Source: Lingula anatina (lineage: Eukaryota; Animalia; Brachiopoda). From it: 64,000 nt of DNA. A program made the position numbers and the translations under genes. Shown here one piece after another: positions 40,645 to 54,637 of the stretch; position 1 is the stretch's first letter, and every line of letters begins with the position of its first letter. Below the pieces are notes generated by a model. It was not told the DNA's origin, searched no databases, and saw nothing but the letters and a program-made list of their open reading frames with translations. The DNA lies in the NCBI GenBank assembly GCA_051362555.1, contig CM120643.1, positions 27,222,848 through 27,286,847 on the forward strand, read 5' to 3'.

Positions 40645-41322
40645 GGCCCCTATTTCACACAGACCACGAATCCCACGAATCGCCAGGAATTGACAAATTT
40701 CAGGATTCGAGAGGATTCGTGAGATTTTGCCAATTTTCTGGTCTAATTCGACACGCTCACGATTCAGTTACGATACGGGTACGATAGTGTTACGAATATT
40801 CGTGGAATTCGGCTGGAATCGTGAGATTTTGCCAATTTTCTGGTCTAATTCGACACGCTCACGATTCAGTTACGATACAGGTGCGATAGTGTTACGAATA
40901 TTCGTGGGATTCGGCTGGAATCGCACTAATATTGTCCAGAAATTCACTACAATTTTTTGGAATCGGGAGTTCGTGGCCAAAACTTTGAACAGCTCAAAAT
41001 TTTTGCCACGAAGTCCCGATTGATCAAGAACCGACTACGATTATATCCGAATCTGTTAAGAACTTCACGAACTGATTACGATTCAACCACGAATCCTGAA
41101 ATTTTCAATTCCTGGCGATTCGTGGGATTCGTGGTCTGTGTGAAATAGGGGCATCAAAGTTTTTGCCACCAATTCCTGTTGGTCAAGAAGTGCAAGAACT
41201 GACTACGAATATATAAGAATCTGTTAAGTACTTCACGAGCTGATTACGATTCAACCACGAATCGTGAAATTTGTCAATTCATGGCCATTCGTGGGATTCG
41301 TGGTCTGTGTGAAATAGGGGCA
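40645..41322. mobile_element. PIF/Harbinger-type MITE with TAA TSD and duplicated right end
   Basis: TIR GCCCCTATTTCACACAGACCACGAATCCCACGAAT; right TIR present twice (ending 41153 and 41322); TAA at 40642-40644 and 41323-41325; internal ~103-bp tandem duplication. Confidence 0.88.
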
Positions 41323-42712
41323 TAAGCTGTAAAAAGCACTGAGGCCACAACCCTTGAATATAAAGAGAATCTCTGCTTTTATGGGTAACAAGTGGTCTGT
41401 TATGGGTATCAATTGAAAGGATGTTTTTTTCTGCCCGATTGACATTTCTCATCTTTTGCCTTAAAGTCGAGTTTTACGGGCGATTAAGGGTCATTAAGAT
41501 GTATAACAGCAGAAATTTATCCGAAAACATGAAGTTTTTTTTTCTTTTTTCTCTTACATCACACAAAGTCTTATCACTACAGTGACATTTTATTAGTTTA
41601 TCCATTCAGTCAGCTGCTGCGTGTTCAAACCATCTCACGGCCTTGGGGCAACTGCCGTTAAGTTAACAGTGTGAACAGTTTTGGCTTATCTCAGACTGCC
41701 AATGTCAGGTACGAATAAAATTAAGTCAATGATATTGGTGTAATAGCGCTTTTAGCTATAAAAATGAAGTCATCGTCACCGTCGTGATAAACTAGGTTTC
41801 ATCTTTGCGGTTTATTGTTGAAATTAAATCAAAAGTCATCGAAGTACTGTCTGCAGTAGAGACGTCAGTCGCATTATATCATATGACAAAAAGTATTTAA
41901 ATACTGATTTCGACATATTTTATTGACCTGGCCCTGGATTTAAGATGACGTAATTTCACAGACGTAGGTCAAGATGTTATCTGCTGAGATGAATAACAGC
42001 CGTAGTCGATACTAGAACTTCTCAGACAGGTAACATTTAGAAGAACCGAGCTGCTGTGCGATTTTATATCGACGTTTTATTCCGGTGAGTAGATTTAATG
42101 ATGCTGGTGGCACTTTTACCGGATAATTGGTCTTCGCTTTATACATGTATTTAACCTTTTAATGTTAAAACATTCTCGTCATTTATATGTAAAACATTGA
42201 AATTACACACCGTATTTGTTTTAGGATTATAAAAAGACATTAATGTTTTCTGTTTAATATTAACTATAATTTAGTAGTTAGACCATTCCGGGAATTAATC
42301 AGGAAATGAGTCCAAAGTTTTAGCTTTTGACTTAAGACTGACATTCTGTCTTTAGCTGTTGTGTGAGCCCCGAAGTAGTGGGGGGCAGACGTGTCGCACG
42401 GTAGCTGCAATCTATTGGCGTGTCACTAGTAATATTGGATCTATTGATCTAAATACCGTCCAGTCATCTCAATAAAAAGCCAGTTTAAGGGAACCAATCC
42501 CAGGCCCACTTAGTTAGGACCACTATTTCGGTTACTTGTCCCTTTACTTTTACGTTAGTTTCTTTATTCATTCATTTGTTTATTCATTTGTTCATTGTAT
42601 CGCATTTTATTTTATTAAGGATTAATTAAATTATTTATTATTTTCATTTATTAAATAAGTGATTTATGGCTCCTCGATTGATAGGATTGTGATCATCTGT
42701 GTAAACGACGAG

Positions 42713-45037
42713 ATGGCGGCGGAAATACCTGTAATAGACTTCTCTCGCTATTCTCTGGCTTTGGACGCAGACAAGGTCCCAGACAGTGTCTTACTAGAGC
42801 TGGGTCAGGAGGTTTACCAGGCTCTGTCCACTGCCTCCTTCCTCCTGCTGAAGAACTGCGGAATAGAAGAACGACTGGTGAGAGAATTTGGAATTAACGC
42901 AAAATAGCCATGGGAGCTTTAAACATAGGCTTTGAAAAAGAATTGAGAAAACAAAAATTTAAACAAAAAACGTAGCATAGTAGGTTTATTAAAAAATTCT
43001 AGAATATGAAAGGATTACTGGTATGGGGTTTAAAACATAAGTCCGAATAAAGAATTGTGAAATGAATTGTTAGATGGTTTTAAACAAGATTAAGTACATG
43101 GGTGTGACATTCAGTAAAATATTCTACTGGCATCACAAATTAATATTGTATTTTTTTTTTTTTTTTTTTTTGTCATTTCACTGAAATTACTGCTATAATC
43201 ACACTATTTTAAGTTAAACACAGTTCCCCTGTAAATAGCTGTTTGATGTTATATTCTAATGGTCTTGATTGGCATCGGTCAGCAAATTAAAATCTCTTTT
43301 TCCAAATATTAACCTACCCCTACTTTGGTTGTGGTTGTAGGTGAGGGAAGCCTTTATCTCCAGCAGACAGTTCTTTGAGCTTCGGGCGGAAGTGAAACAG
43401 AAATACCAGCGAGCTGACGACCCCCATGACGACAATTACCACGGTTGGCTGGGGTTGGACGTAGAGAGGTGGGGTTAAGTATTTTATCAAGTTTGTTTTA
43501 TGATCATCAATTATCTTCTATAACTCTCATAGGCGTAAGAGCGTAGGCGTGGGGTCTTTGGGGGCTTCCCCTGCCAACAAACGCACTTTTATTTTACTAC
43601 GTACGCTAATTTTTAACCTGAGAAACAGCTGCGCATTTTCTGAATGTTCAACCACTTGTAAATTGCTTGCCTCTTATTGGCCATAGAAGTGCATTTTCCC
43701 TGTATGATCAAGTACCTGGGCGAGACATCAACGCTGTTGCTATCCTCATATAGTTTAATTTATATGAATTTTTCATTTTCAGCATCAACCCAGAACGGCC
43801 GGTCGATTTGAAGGAGTCCTTCAATTACTCTCTTTGGATGGAGCAGGTTGATATTATGATTATTACTATTTTGTAAAAAGACAAAACCACGTGCTAAAAC
43901 TGATAAACATTTGTCGTTTTAGAGTGAAGAAACGCTAGATACTTTTAAAAATTTAAAAATAAAAAAATCCCCGGTATCCCAGAGATATCAATGTCATGAT
44001 CACTTTGTTGCTTTGTAGAATAGTACATGGAATATGGATTTTAGCTATGAAATTATAAGCGTTTCTTGGTTTCTTTTTTGCAAATGTCCACTAGAGGTCT
44101 GTTTTACATCCAATATGTCCAGTGAGCTACAGAATATTTGTTGTTCCTTATTGCTTTCAGAAATGGCCACAAGAGGTCGCCTCATTCAAGCCAGCCTTGC
44201 TCAACCTGAACCGCAAGGCCACTTCACTGGGCATACGAATCCTGCAGGGACTTGCCCTTGCTATGGGACTGGTGGGTAATCTCATGTGCCTTCACTGCTC
44301 ATCAGGCTTTCATCGGACCTACTCTCATTATTTTATCCACTTCTGCCTACCCGGTGCCATTGTAGAAACACTGTAAGCACTCTTACTGTGGTATATGATA
44401 AACACGAACATTTTCTGGAAATCTGATCGCCTTGTGACGTCATTTGTGACGTCTTGATTATGCCCGGTTTGCGTTAAATTAATTTTAAACGGACCATATG
44501 TCTTTTCTCTTATCTGTCAAGGTGACAGTGGCAGTAAAGGTGAGACAAGGACGCCGGCTTCGTGTTCTCAACTTATCCCAGCAAATAATCTGTTTTTGAC
44601 CTTGACCTAACAAACCCTGAGTACCAGTACCATAGATAAACCCCCTTAATCAGCAGAATACCTCAGCTGAGTATACAAGGAGTGGTTCTCTATGGCACTT
44701 ATGGTTTATATCTTCTCATGTTTTTATCAAACTTTTTTTCTTCCCTTACGTACATGTACTTTACCTATCCTCTTAGTTAACTGTCAATTTCAATCATAAA
44801 ACTTAAGCATGATCTTAGACTTTCGAAACGCGCATAACAACAAGAATGGATGTATCTATCTAAATGCGGGATAGGCACTATAGTGCGTCAACGACACCAT
44901 GTCTGTTAATTGCCTTAGACAACTTCACCGTGAATGAAAAAAAATCTGTACTACAAGTAAATGATATCTGTTCTGGACAGATTCTTGCTATTATCTTTTG
45001 TTTGCGGGTTTTGATTTAAGTTTTTATTTAATTGTTT

Positions 45038-45068
<31 letters not shown>

Positions 45069-47311
45069 TTCTTGTGCAAATACTCGCGCAATTTGAATTT
45101 GAAAAGACGTAACATCTGTCAATTTTCCCCTGACCCTCCAGCAGTGATGACCCAAATAATTTTGTTTTGCGTGCATTTATAAATGTAGTCGTACATGTGA
45201 GCGCTTTATTTGTATTGAGATGTCAATAGATAATGTGCAATATCCTTTTTTTTCTTAACAAAAAAGGATCGGCATTTCTTTGATGGACTACACAAAGGTG
45301 CAGGAACCCGGAAGTCACTGACGTCAACGCGGTGTAACTATTATCCGGAAGTTACAGATGAAACAGGTAAATAAGTTGGATAGCCTAATGGCGTTTCGTG
45401 GAGGGGCCCTTCCCCATTCCAGCTCACTTTGTCAGGATAAAAATGCAGATTCCGCCCCCCCCCCCCCCCTCACAGTTCCCCCCTCCCCTACTGTTCCAAG
45501 AGTAGGGAAAAAACATTCTGGAAAATAGGTAAATATTAATGTCATGATTGTATTTGAAAGACACGTTCGCTTTTTTAATCTGACATCTGTCGACACCGTT
45601 TTATGTGTGCGTGTGTATTTTTTCATTGTTGTCATGATATACTTTGTTCTTGCTTCTCTTAAAGAAAGTATAATTTCATTCCACAGTTACCTTCTTGTTT
45701 TTGTACAAATTCTTTTAATATGCTCTATGCTAAAATAAAGTATGATAAGTCATCGTTTGCCTGTGAAATCAGTTAAAATATCAAAAATTCGTGGTCGCTT
45801 GAGTCATTCTTCTCAGAAGAACTGGCTGTGTTATGCCAATAAACGGAGCCTTGATTTGCGTAAAAAGTAAATTTTATTTCTATTAAGCTATGTCGCTCTT
45901 TTGCAGTGATTGTGCCGAATCAGATTCGCATTGGAGAGCATGCTGACTATGTGACCTTGACCCTCTTGTTTCAAGATGACCAAGGCGGGCTGGAGGTCGG
46001 TGAGCTATCATCAGCCCATATAATCCTTGAAATTTTGTTCATCAGAAAGAAGAATATTTATCATGCACAAATCAAAGAAAAAGTTAAAATAAAGAAAAGA
46101 AGTCAATTTAAAATAAAGAAAATATTTCTATTCGCCAATAAGTACCATTAATAACAACATAAGTTGTGTCATCACTGGTTCTATAAAGTGTTTGTCGAAT
46201 ACTTCATGTAGATAGATGCCACATGTATGACACAGTGGTGGAAATGGTTTAGTTTCATTTTGCTTATTATACTTTTTTGAGAGGGAGAATGGGGATAACG
46301 AGACGGCAATACCTTTGATAAGTCCAGGGTATATACCGTGCATTGTATACATGTATATAGGCCGTACTTTAGTACTGCTAGTATACGTTTATAGTTGTTT
46401 TGACAGGTACAGAGAAAGGACGGGTCTTGGTGCCCCGTGTTGCCAGTGCCTGGAACCATCGGATTGTTTGTTGATCTGTTGTTACAAAGATGGACGGCTG
46501 ATAAACTGAAAGCTACAGTAGGCACAGTTCTCTTCTCTTCGCTCTTTCTCTCTCTCTCTCCAGTAGACTTATCTCTCACAGATACACACATACGCACGCA
46601 CTCACGCACACATATACACGCAAACACAATGTATGCATGATAGTAGCCCATAAACAATGCCAGCAAACATGTGCGGTAACCTTGAATTCATACTGAAGTC
46701 CCAATTTTCATATCGGTGGACTCCTGCTGGTTTTTTTTTTTTTTTTTTTTTTTTTAATGAAATGGACCAATTACTTGTAGAATTTGATACAAAATAAACT
46801 CCTGTGTGAACCCACTGTCACGTATGAGAGGGACCCCTGTAATACAGAGTCCAGTGACCCTTGATTCGTATGCTTTTTGGCCATAGGGTGCGCTAGTAGT
46901 CCGTTACAAAAGAGTTGAAAGCCCAATGTGCGATTTTGTACAATACTATACTGGGCCCCTGATATCAGAAGATAGATTTGTACAGGTGAGATCCTCCCAT
47001 GATTTTTGCCTCACTAACGTCAAGCTCCTTCTAACCTGTATGAATCAAATGGAAGGCTGACTGTCTGTTACACGGACCCTCTGCTCCTAACCACCAGACT
47101 CTGCTCCTACACTGGCCATGTTTTTCTTTCTTTTCTCTGTCAGGTGCACAGGGTGATTGTACCAGAAGGCAAGTGTCCAGCCCGCCAGTCCATTGCCCAC
47201 TTCATCGTCCCTGATGACGATGTGGAAGTGAAATGCTTGGACGGATCCGACACGTACGAACCCGTCAACACGAGATCTTTCGTTACTGGGATATTTGACA
47301 AGACATATTAA
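42713..47311 (+). CDS. 2-oxoglutarate/Fe(II) dioxygenase, IPNS-like, paralogue B, 311 aa
   Basis: Exons 42713-42877, 43341-43468, 43783-43846, 44161-44271, 45267-45366, 45907-45995, 46407-46517 and 47144-47311 have the same sizes as in paralogue A. HAD, VHRV and RQS are intact. Confidence 0.92.
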
Positions 47312-48882
47312 CTTTACAGAGGACTGATCATCTGAAGCCTTATATAGGTTTATATATTTGGGCAGGTGTTGGTACTACTTACGCAAGAACATCCGGCTAC
47401 AGTATATGCTTTAACTTCAACATCGAAAATATGGCTTAAGGACGGACAAAACTTAAGTTGGTTAACGATCGAGGTGGCCCTTATTTTGAGGTCATTCAGA
47501 TTTTTTGGTACCTATATTTTCAAATATTTTCAAATGGAAATACATTGGCATTGGATTGTTAAACTGAAGATTTTTTAAAAAGGTAAAATATAATAATTAT
47601 ACTTATTTAGATACCTTTAACCCATAACTCGTTACTTTTTTTTTAGTAACGCGCAAAACGCGTTGTGTAAGTATTGGTGATTTCTATTCAACAGAGCTTT
47701 ACAGAAAACGGCCAGAAATATATTCATAGATTAATTTTGTCAGCGTATATTCGTTGTCACACATCCTTCGCTTGTGTGTCGTTATTTCTGATCCCCTTAC
47801 TCCACGATATCTCGTTTAAATTTAAAGCTACTCACCGGGCTATCCCAGAAGATTCGCTTACGTACATAAACATCCTACATGCATGTCATTCATAGGCAGT
47901 AACAGACACGTCCTTTACATATACGTGATGAACTGTTTCACGCGATATAAATATTGAGACTAATTAACTCGAAATAGAATTCCATTCGTTCTAGCAGAGC
48001 AAGTGTTAAAATGGAAGCACAGATTTTTTTTCTGCTGGAGAGGGACACGGTATATTGCATCGGTTGTGCTTTTTGTAAGGATTGCGAATAATGGTACGAT
48101 AGAAGGCCATCTGACCAGTTGCGGTAAAACGAAAGGCCGCTACACTACGTTTGTATCTCCCATAGTCCGTTTACCAGGCTTAGTTCGATCCCCTGATATC
48201 ACCATCAAAAAACATGATCACACTTTACAATTTATGCGTTAGGGCGGTTGCACAACAGAGCTTTACCCCGAAAAATGATGGAAACTTTTTTGACTATTTT
48301 GTAGCCTTTTGAGTGTTCTTTTCTTTTAATGTTAACATTATACTATGCCCCTGTTGGTGTTGAGACACCATTCCTGGCAGACACACACATGTTTTCACGG
48401 CTTCCACGCTTTGGATTAAAAAAAATACAAACGAAGTTTCTTTCAAAAATCCAATAACCTTTTAAACTGTTGTGTAGTTCTTATATATTAATAAAAATGA
48501 TAATTCAATATCCTTGGCGGAGGCCCGCCCTTCCTGAGTGCTTTTTCCAGTTAACAGTATGACATACTGATGATATAGTTATGCGAAACATCAGGTCTTA
48601 TGTAACAAAACATTAAACTTCCATTAAAATAAAATTTATTTTCAAAATATTCTGTAAAAAGTTTCGTAATTTATAATACTACAGTTTGAGTAGAACGTGT
48701 TTGTTTAAATGTATAACTAATTTTATAAAATAAGTGATCAATAAAATGTACATTGCTAGAATATTTTATTCTTGACGTATCGCGTACGGTTTTGTGTTAG
48801 GTAAAGTGAGCCACTCAAGAGCAGCTCACTGAAACCTGAAGGGAAGCTGCTGAAGAAAAGAGTCTGCGCTCATTGTCTGCCT

Positions 48883-51800
48883 TTAATCAAGCGATAGATA
48901 TACGCTAGCTTCCTGAGTATTTTGTCCCTTCCATTTTAATGAAGGATTTTCTTGAGCAGCGTCGACCAGTTGCTCATCATTTAGTTTATAGACAAACTTC
49001 TGTCTTTCTCTCTGAAAAGCGGCGGAATTGAAACACTGCTCCATTGCGTGCAACTCGCGCTGACGATGCAGGGACAGGCGATCAAACCAGTCTGAGTTCC
49101 GCGTTTTGAACTTCTCTTGTACGGTCTTATTCCAGCTGGTGGCACTGGCTAAATTCTCCACAAAGCCTGGGAGCATTTCTTGGAACTCGTGTTTGTTCCT
49201 GTGAACGAAAATATATAAGAATCCGAATTGTAAGTAAGCATGAAACTGTCGTAGTAGAAGAAAGTTCACGGTATCTTATAAGACGAATTATATACATATA
49301 TAACACCAAGTTAGATTTCGTTACTTATACAGTATATATATATATATATTTCTTGACCTGCCTTATCGCTAACAGTCATTTCATAGCAAGCTGACGCGAG
49401 ACCACCACACCCGCAGATTTATACAATGTCATATCGCCATCAATATCATTATTATCATTATCACTTTTATTATCACTGAATATACCTCTGATGAGTGGCT
49501 ATCGACAACTACCACGCTACAGATCATTTTATGTAACTTGCCATATTGAACGCACTTTAAACACCATAATAAAATACTTAAAGTAGGGTATATCTCATTC
49601 TGAAAAATTCACTAAACAATCATGCTTATAACAGACTTAGTATTCTAATACTAAAAAACCAATATACGAACACGATCAGCCTCCTTACCTGCCAAGAACG
49701 TGATCTACCAGGCCGAGAGATCTTGCCTCCTCCGCGAGGAGAGGGTCTGGCCGGGCATACATCAGCTCGTACGCCGTGTCCCTGCCGACTCTTCTCGGTA
49801 GAAAGTGAGTCCAGTATTCCGAGCCACACAACCCCATGGAGCGATAAGCAGGAGAAAGTAAAACTCCCTAAAATTTGAAATAAACCACAAATTTGTCATT
49901 TGCATACAGATGCGTCATGATATTTCACAAAGAATTATTCTAGTTTCCAACAGCCCTCTACCCCACCCACCCCATTTCCCTTCTCCTCCCCCACCCCATC
50001 GCCATGCCCTTGAAAAGTTATATGGATGATTTTGTTTTTGAGTTATTTTGTGAAACTGGTATGACAGGAATGGTTATCCGCTTGGCACCATCGTTCGTTT
50101 CCCTTTGCGTTGTAAAGTGACATTCTTCACTTCTGTTGACCGCGTTACTTCCCGCTACCACTCTCTTGCACCAATCAAATGGGACCCAAACTTCCATTCC
50201 TAAGACTACCATTCCTGCCACGCCGGTGTAACAAAACAGAAAGTCCGCCCTCCATTTTGTTATAATGGTTAGGGTTAGCCTGACCTAAGTGGGTCAAAAT
50301 CTAGGGCGAGGCTTAACTGTACAAATAAATGGAAAGTGGATTCTTTATCATGGGGGACTCTCTGTCACCGGCCTCGGTTAAGTCACTTCAGTTTTCTCCC
50401 GGACATAATCGCTTACCTGAGCTGACACCACCACGTCAGCTGCTGCGGCCATCATGGCGCCCCCAGCTCCGGCATTTCCTTCTAGCGCTGCCACCACCAA
50501 CTTGTCTCTCATCTGGCTCATGGCCAATATGACGTCATTTATCTTATTTATGTTGTTGTTTGCTTCTTTGGCTGGATCGCCACTGGCCTCGATCTGACAC
50601 AGGTGGATACCTGGTGAGATAGAATGTTAGTGAGAAAATCTTTCTGTGGGCTATTGATAGTTATTTTCCCATTTCTTTTATTTCAATTTCATTTTATTAT
50701 TTTTTATTATTTTCTGTTTGATTTTCTTATTCATTAAATCATTCGTTAATTCACTTTGATTAATGTACCGTTTTTTTATAATTATTATGTATTGTTCATG
50801 TATTTATAAACTAATTGTAATCTTTTTTTAATTGTCTGCCTTTGGATGGCTATACTGTGATCTTTGTCTATATCTGTGACTTAACTCTCGGATTACATTG
50901 GATATCACGATAAAAGGTATTCAAATCACGAAAGTCATCACAGCCAGTTAAATCTCCCTCCTTCCGGACCCAGTCCAAAATGACATGTGGGGTCGTTGGT
51001 CTTATTTAATATAACGTAGCATCACACCGTACACCTTGGCACGGTACACCTTGGGACTGTACACCTTGGGACCGTACACCTTGGCACGGTACACCTTGGG
51101 ACCGTTCAAAATGACCTACGTCGACGTAGTTAATGCGCACTCCACGGGAACTTTCTCTTAATGCTATCGGATTCATAGACTTACACGTCCTGGGCCCCGT
51201 AACTCGAAAGCATCGCGCATTGCGACCGATCGCAAGCGTCTCGATTCCATGACTCTCCCATACTCGCTCCATATAATACATTGTAGCCTCTATGTAATAT
51301 CGCTATTTGCAACAGGCGATGCTTTCGAGTTACGGGGCCCTGGTGTAATCACCGCGCAGCTTCTCCGTACATATACTCTCCCCAACGGCAGGAAAAGGCG
51401 TGTTAGTCTGTTAATCTGATTGCATTCAGCGAGAGTCCTCCTGTAGTTACTGCGCATTAGGTAGGTTGACAATTCACTCTCAAAAGTTCCCTTTGATTTG
51501 CGGGAAAACAACAACTTACCGGTTGAAAAGAATCGCGAGCCGCCCATGAGGACTACAACCTTGACGTGGCTCATCTTGGCAACTTGCTTCAAGACCATTG
51601 CCAGCTCTGCCCCCTGGCGACTGTCCATGGCACCGTTGTAGAAATCAAAGTGGACATAGCACACTGGACCCTGTTGTTTTAACCAAATCTCGCTGTGGCT
51701 GGAGACATTGGTCAAATCTGGTAAACTGGCCACAGTACTGGCAGGCAAAACTGAGGTAGCAGGTAACTTGATGGACAACCGCTTGTTCCTCTAATAAAGA

Positions 51801-54582
51801 AAAGAAACTTTATGCAGGTCACATCAAGAAGGTCGAACTACTTGGTCACATGTTTTGTAACATCTAATTGACGAAATGAGAGGTCCGTGTATTATGTTTG
51901 CTTGGTTCGACTTCCATGTCTGACATTTTATCTGGAACACTTCTTATTTATTTTGGACGAGAAAAGGCAACTCACTCAACAAACAAATCAAACAACATTT
52001 TTTTTTTTTTTTTTTTGGAAAACAGCGCGTCACTGCGCCTAGAAGTAGTTTGAAAATACAGATTGCTTCTTCATAAGACGGAAAATTGATTACCAATTAC
52101 TGATTAGAAATTGTTGATAAATAATAATTTTAACAATTCATACAGATTTATTCTGAACCCAAGTATCAAATGAGTTGCCAAAAATAGATAAAAAATAATC
52201 AATTATTATTGAAATAATATTAATGCTGTATAAATATTTCACTATGAGAGAAATTTTTTATCGTTCTATGGGTTATTCCAAGTAATCTCCACACGCACTT
52301 CTGGGGAACTATGGTTTTATTTCAAGGTGTTCATACTAACAAGCAATATTGTAGGCCTATACGCACCAACTTAAATTTTGTAATATCTGGATTAAAGTTT
52401 TAAAAGCACGATCTGCCTCGAGAGTGTGCACGTAGGTATCGTATTGTACATAAAGCAGGTGAATGTGAACTTTTTATCACTGCTTCAGTAATAAATATAT
52501 CTACAATTAAGTATTTTTCCCTGATTATAGCCCCTCTTACCTTCATGCAGGTTATCCAGACCCCCTGGCGGTCACCGGTTGAAACTAGCACAGCACCCTG
52601 TTTTTTACCGACCACACTTCCTGGCGTCCCAGCACCCAACACATCCTGGACATCTTTGTGGAGGCCGCTTTCTTGGAATGCACCAAACACCCTGTAGGTC
52701 TCGGCGCGCCTGGTACCGTCCTCAGAAAACGTGAGTGAGGCAATTGCGCCTGGTTGAGTATCAGAACATCGTATTATTCGGCATATTTCTTCGGCGGACA
52801 TGTCCCAATTTATTTTCCTGTCCGAAGATTTCATGGACGGTAATAAGCAGCCCTTTACGTCAGGGTCGGTGTAATCCAGAGGAGTCGGCGGGATCCCAAG
52901 CCGAAATTTCATCAGTCCGTCCACAATGGCATCGGCAGCCACGTCGCTAATCTCGCCACAATACACGCCGGTCTTCGTAGCGTCTGCCTTAAGCGGGAAA
53001 TTAGCAGTACTCCAAATATCCCCGCCGTCCATCACCTCGCTAGCCTGGAGCAGCGTTCCTCCCCACGACTCCGCCTGCTGTCGTATAGCCCAATCGATGG
53101 AACTTGGTCCGCGGTCACCGACAATGCCCGGATGAAAAACCAAACATGGCCGCTCTTCCGATCGCCATATTGTTTCCGGTATATATTTGGTTAGAAACGG
53201 GCAGACGATCACGTCGGGTTGAGAATGCTTTACTGCATTTTCCATTGCACTGCCATTGCCACAGGCTGTCACTGTTGTCCCTACCTGGAAAATAAAACCG
53301 CTACAGTTGAAGCCACTCTCTCTGTTGCAGAGATGTCAATCTCTGAAATCTCAATTCTGGAGATTCTAAAATTTTGCTCATTTCGGGGGGGGAGGGGGAG
53401 TGGTCGCTGCCGTTGTGCTCAGTGGCGGGAGAGAGAAAATTATTACGTTTTCATAACATCATCCAAATATTCTGAAAACAAATTGACTTTTAATAGTTTT
53501 GCGTGTCATACTTATAAAATATCAATACAAAAACGTAGTTAAAAGATTGCTCTTAAACATGCCTCAAAACGCGAGGTGACTTTAAAAAACCGAAATTGTT
53601 TGGATTTGGGTATTTTAGACAGGACGTTAGCTGACATTGGGGCAAATGTTCAAAATCGCTTTTTTTTCGGGAGATTGGGTTACCCGTACTGGAGACCGGG
53701 AGATTCGTTCTGTATTCGGGAGACTTCCGGATTATCCGGGAGAGTTGACATGTATGCTCTTCCCTTCAGTTAAGTTTTAAATGAAAGACACTGATGGATC
53801 AAGAATCGGTCTATTCCAGAAGAGAGAGAAGGGACAAGTATAACCAAAATAAAACAGAGGAAGACGATAAAGCTACTAGTAAATGTGTGGCTCAGAAATA
53901 AGAAAAAAAACGTTTCTTTTTTATTTATTTGCCTCGTCATCATTTTTTTTTGGGGGGGGTGTTCATTAAAGGGGACAGCGTTGCATGACCCTTCTGTTAC
54001 ATCTTACTGTTACATTTGTGCTTTCGGCTATTACGTTAAGTTACGACTACATATGTAGTTCTTTGAACATTGATGAGACACACGTTGTTTCTTTGTCAGC
54101 AAAGTCACGTGAAATAAAGATGAGTTTAATGTATCAAGATGTACTTGTCGGCAGGTAACACGCGACGGGGCAATAACTTGTGTAATGTAAATTAATGAGT
54201 TAAGACACTAGTTGTAGGCATTATACTGTACTATAGGGGATACATACGGGGAGATAAATAGGATATACGCTGAGAGCCATCAATAGAAGGACATGCAGTT
54301 ATCGAGTTTGGAAGTTTGAAAGTAACTACAGAAATAAAACATGGAGCAAATCTTTCCAAGTACATTCAGGCTACCTGTCACAGTTGTTTTGGTGGAATTC
54401 AGCAAAAAAAAAAGGATTACGGCGGGCAGTTCGGATTTGCGACACCAATGTGCCCGGAGTCGTAATCCTGCAAAAACGGAAAACGGTAGTTCGTTCTCTA
54501 TTTTCGTGCACTTGCTATGTACAAGTGCAGAGGTGACATAGTGTGAGACCATAATAACATTTTATTCGTCGTAAGTTTTTTG

Positions 54583-54637
<55 letters not shown>

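Noticed and set aside
51028-51102. CRISPR-like regular repeat
   Set aside because: Head-to-tail 15-mers with no spacers, in a eukaryotic intron; a minisatellite.
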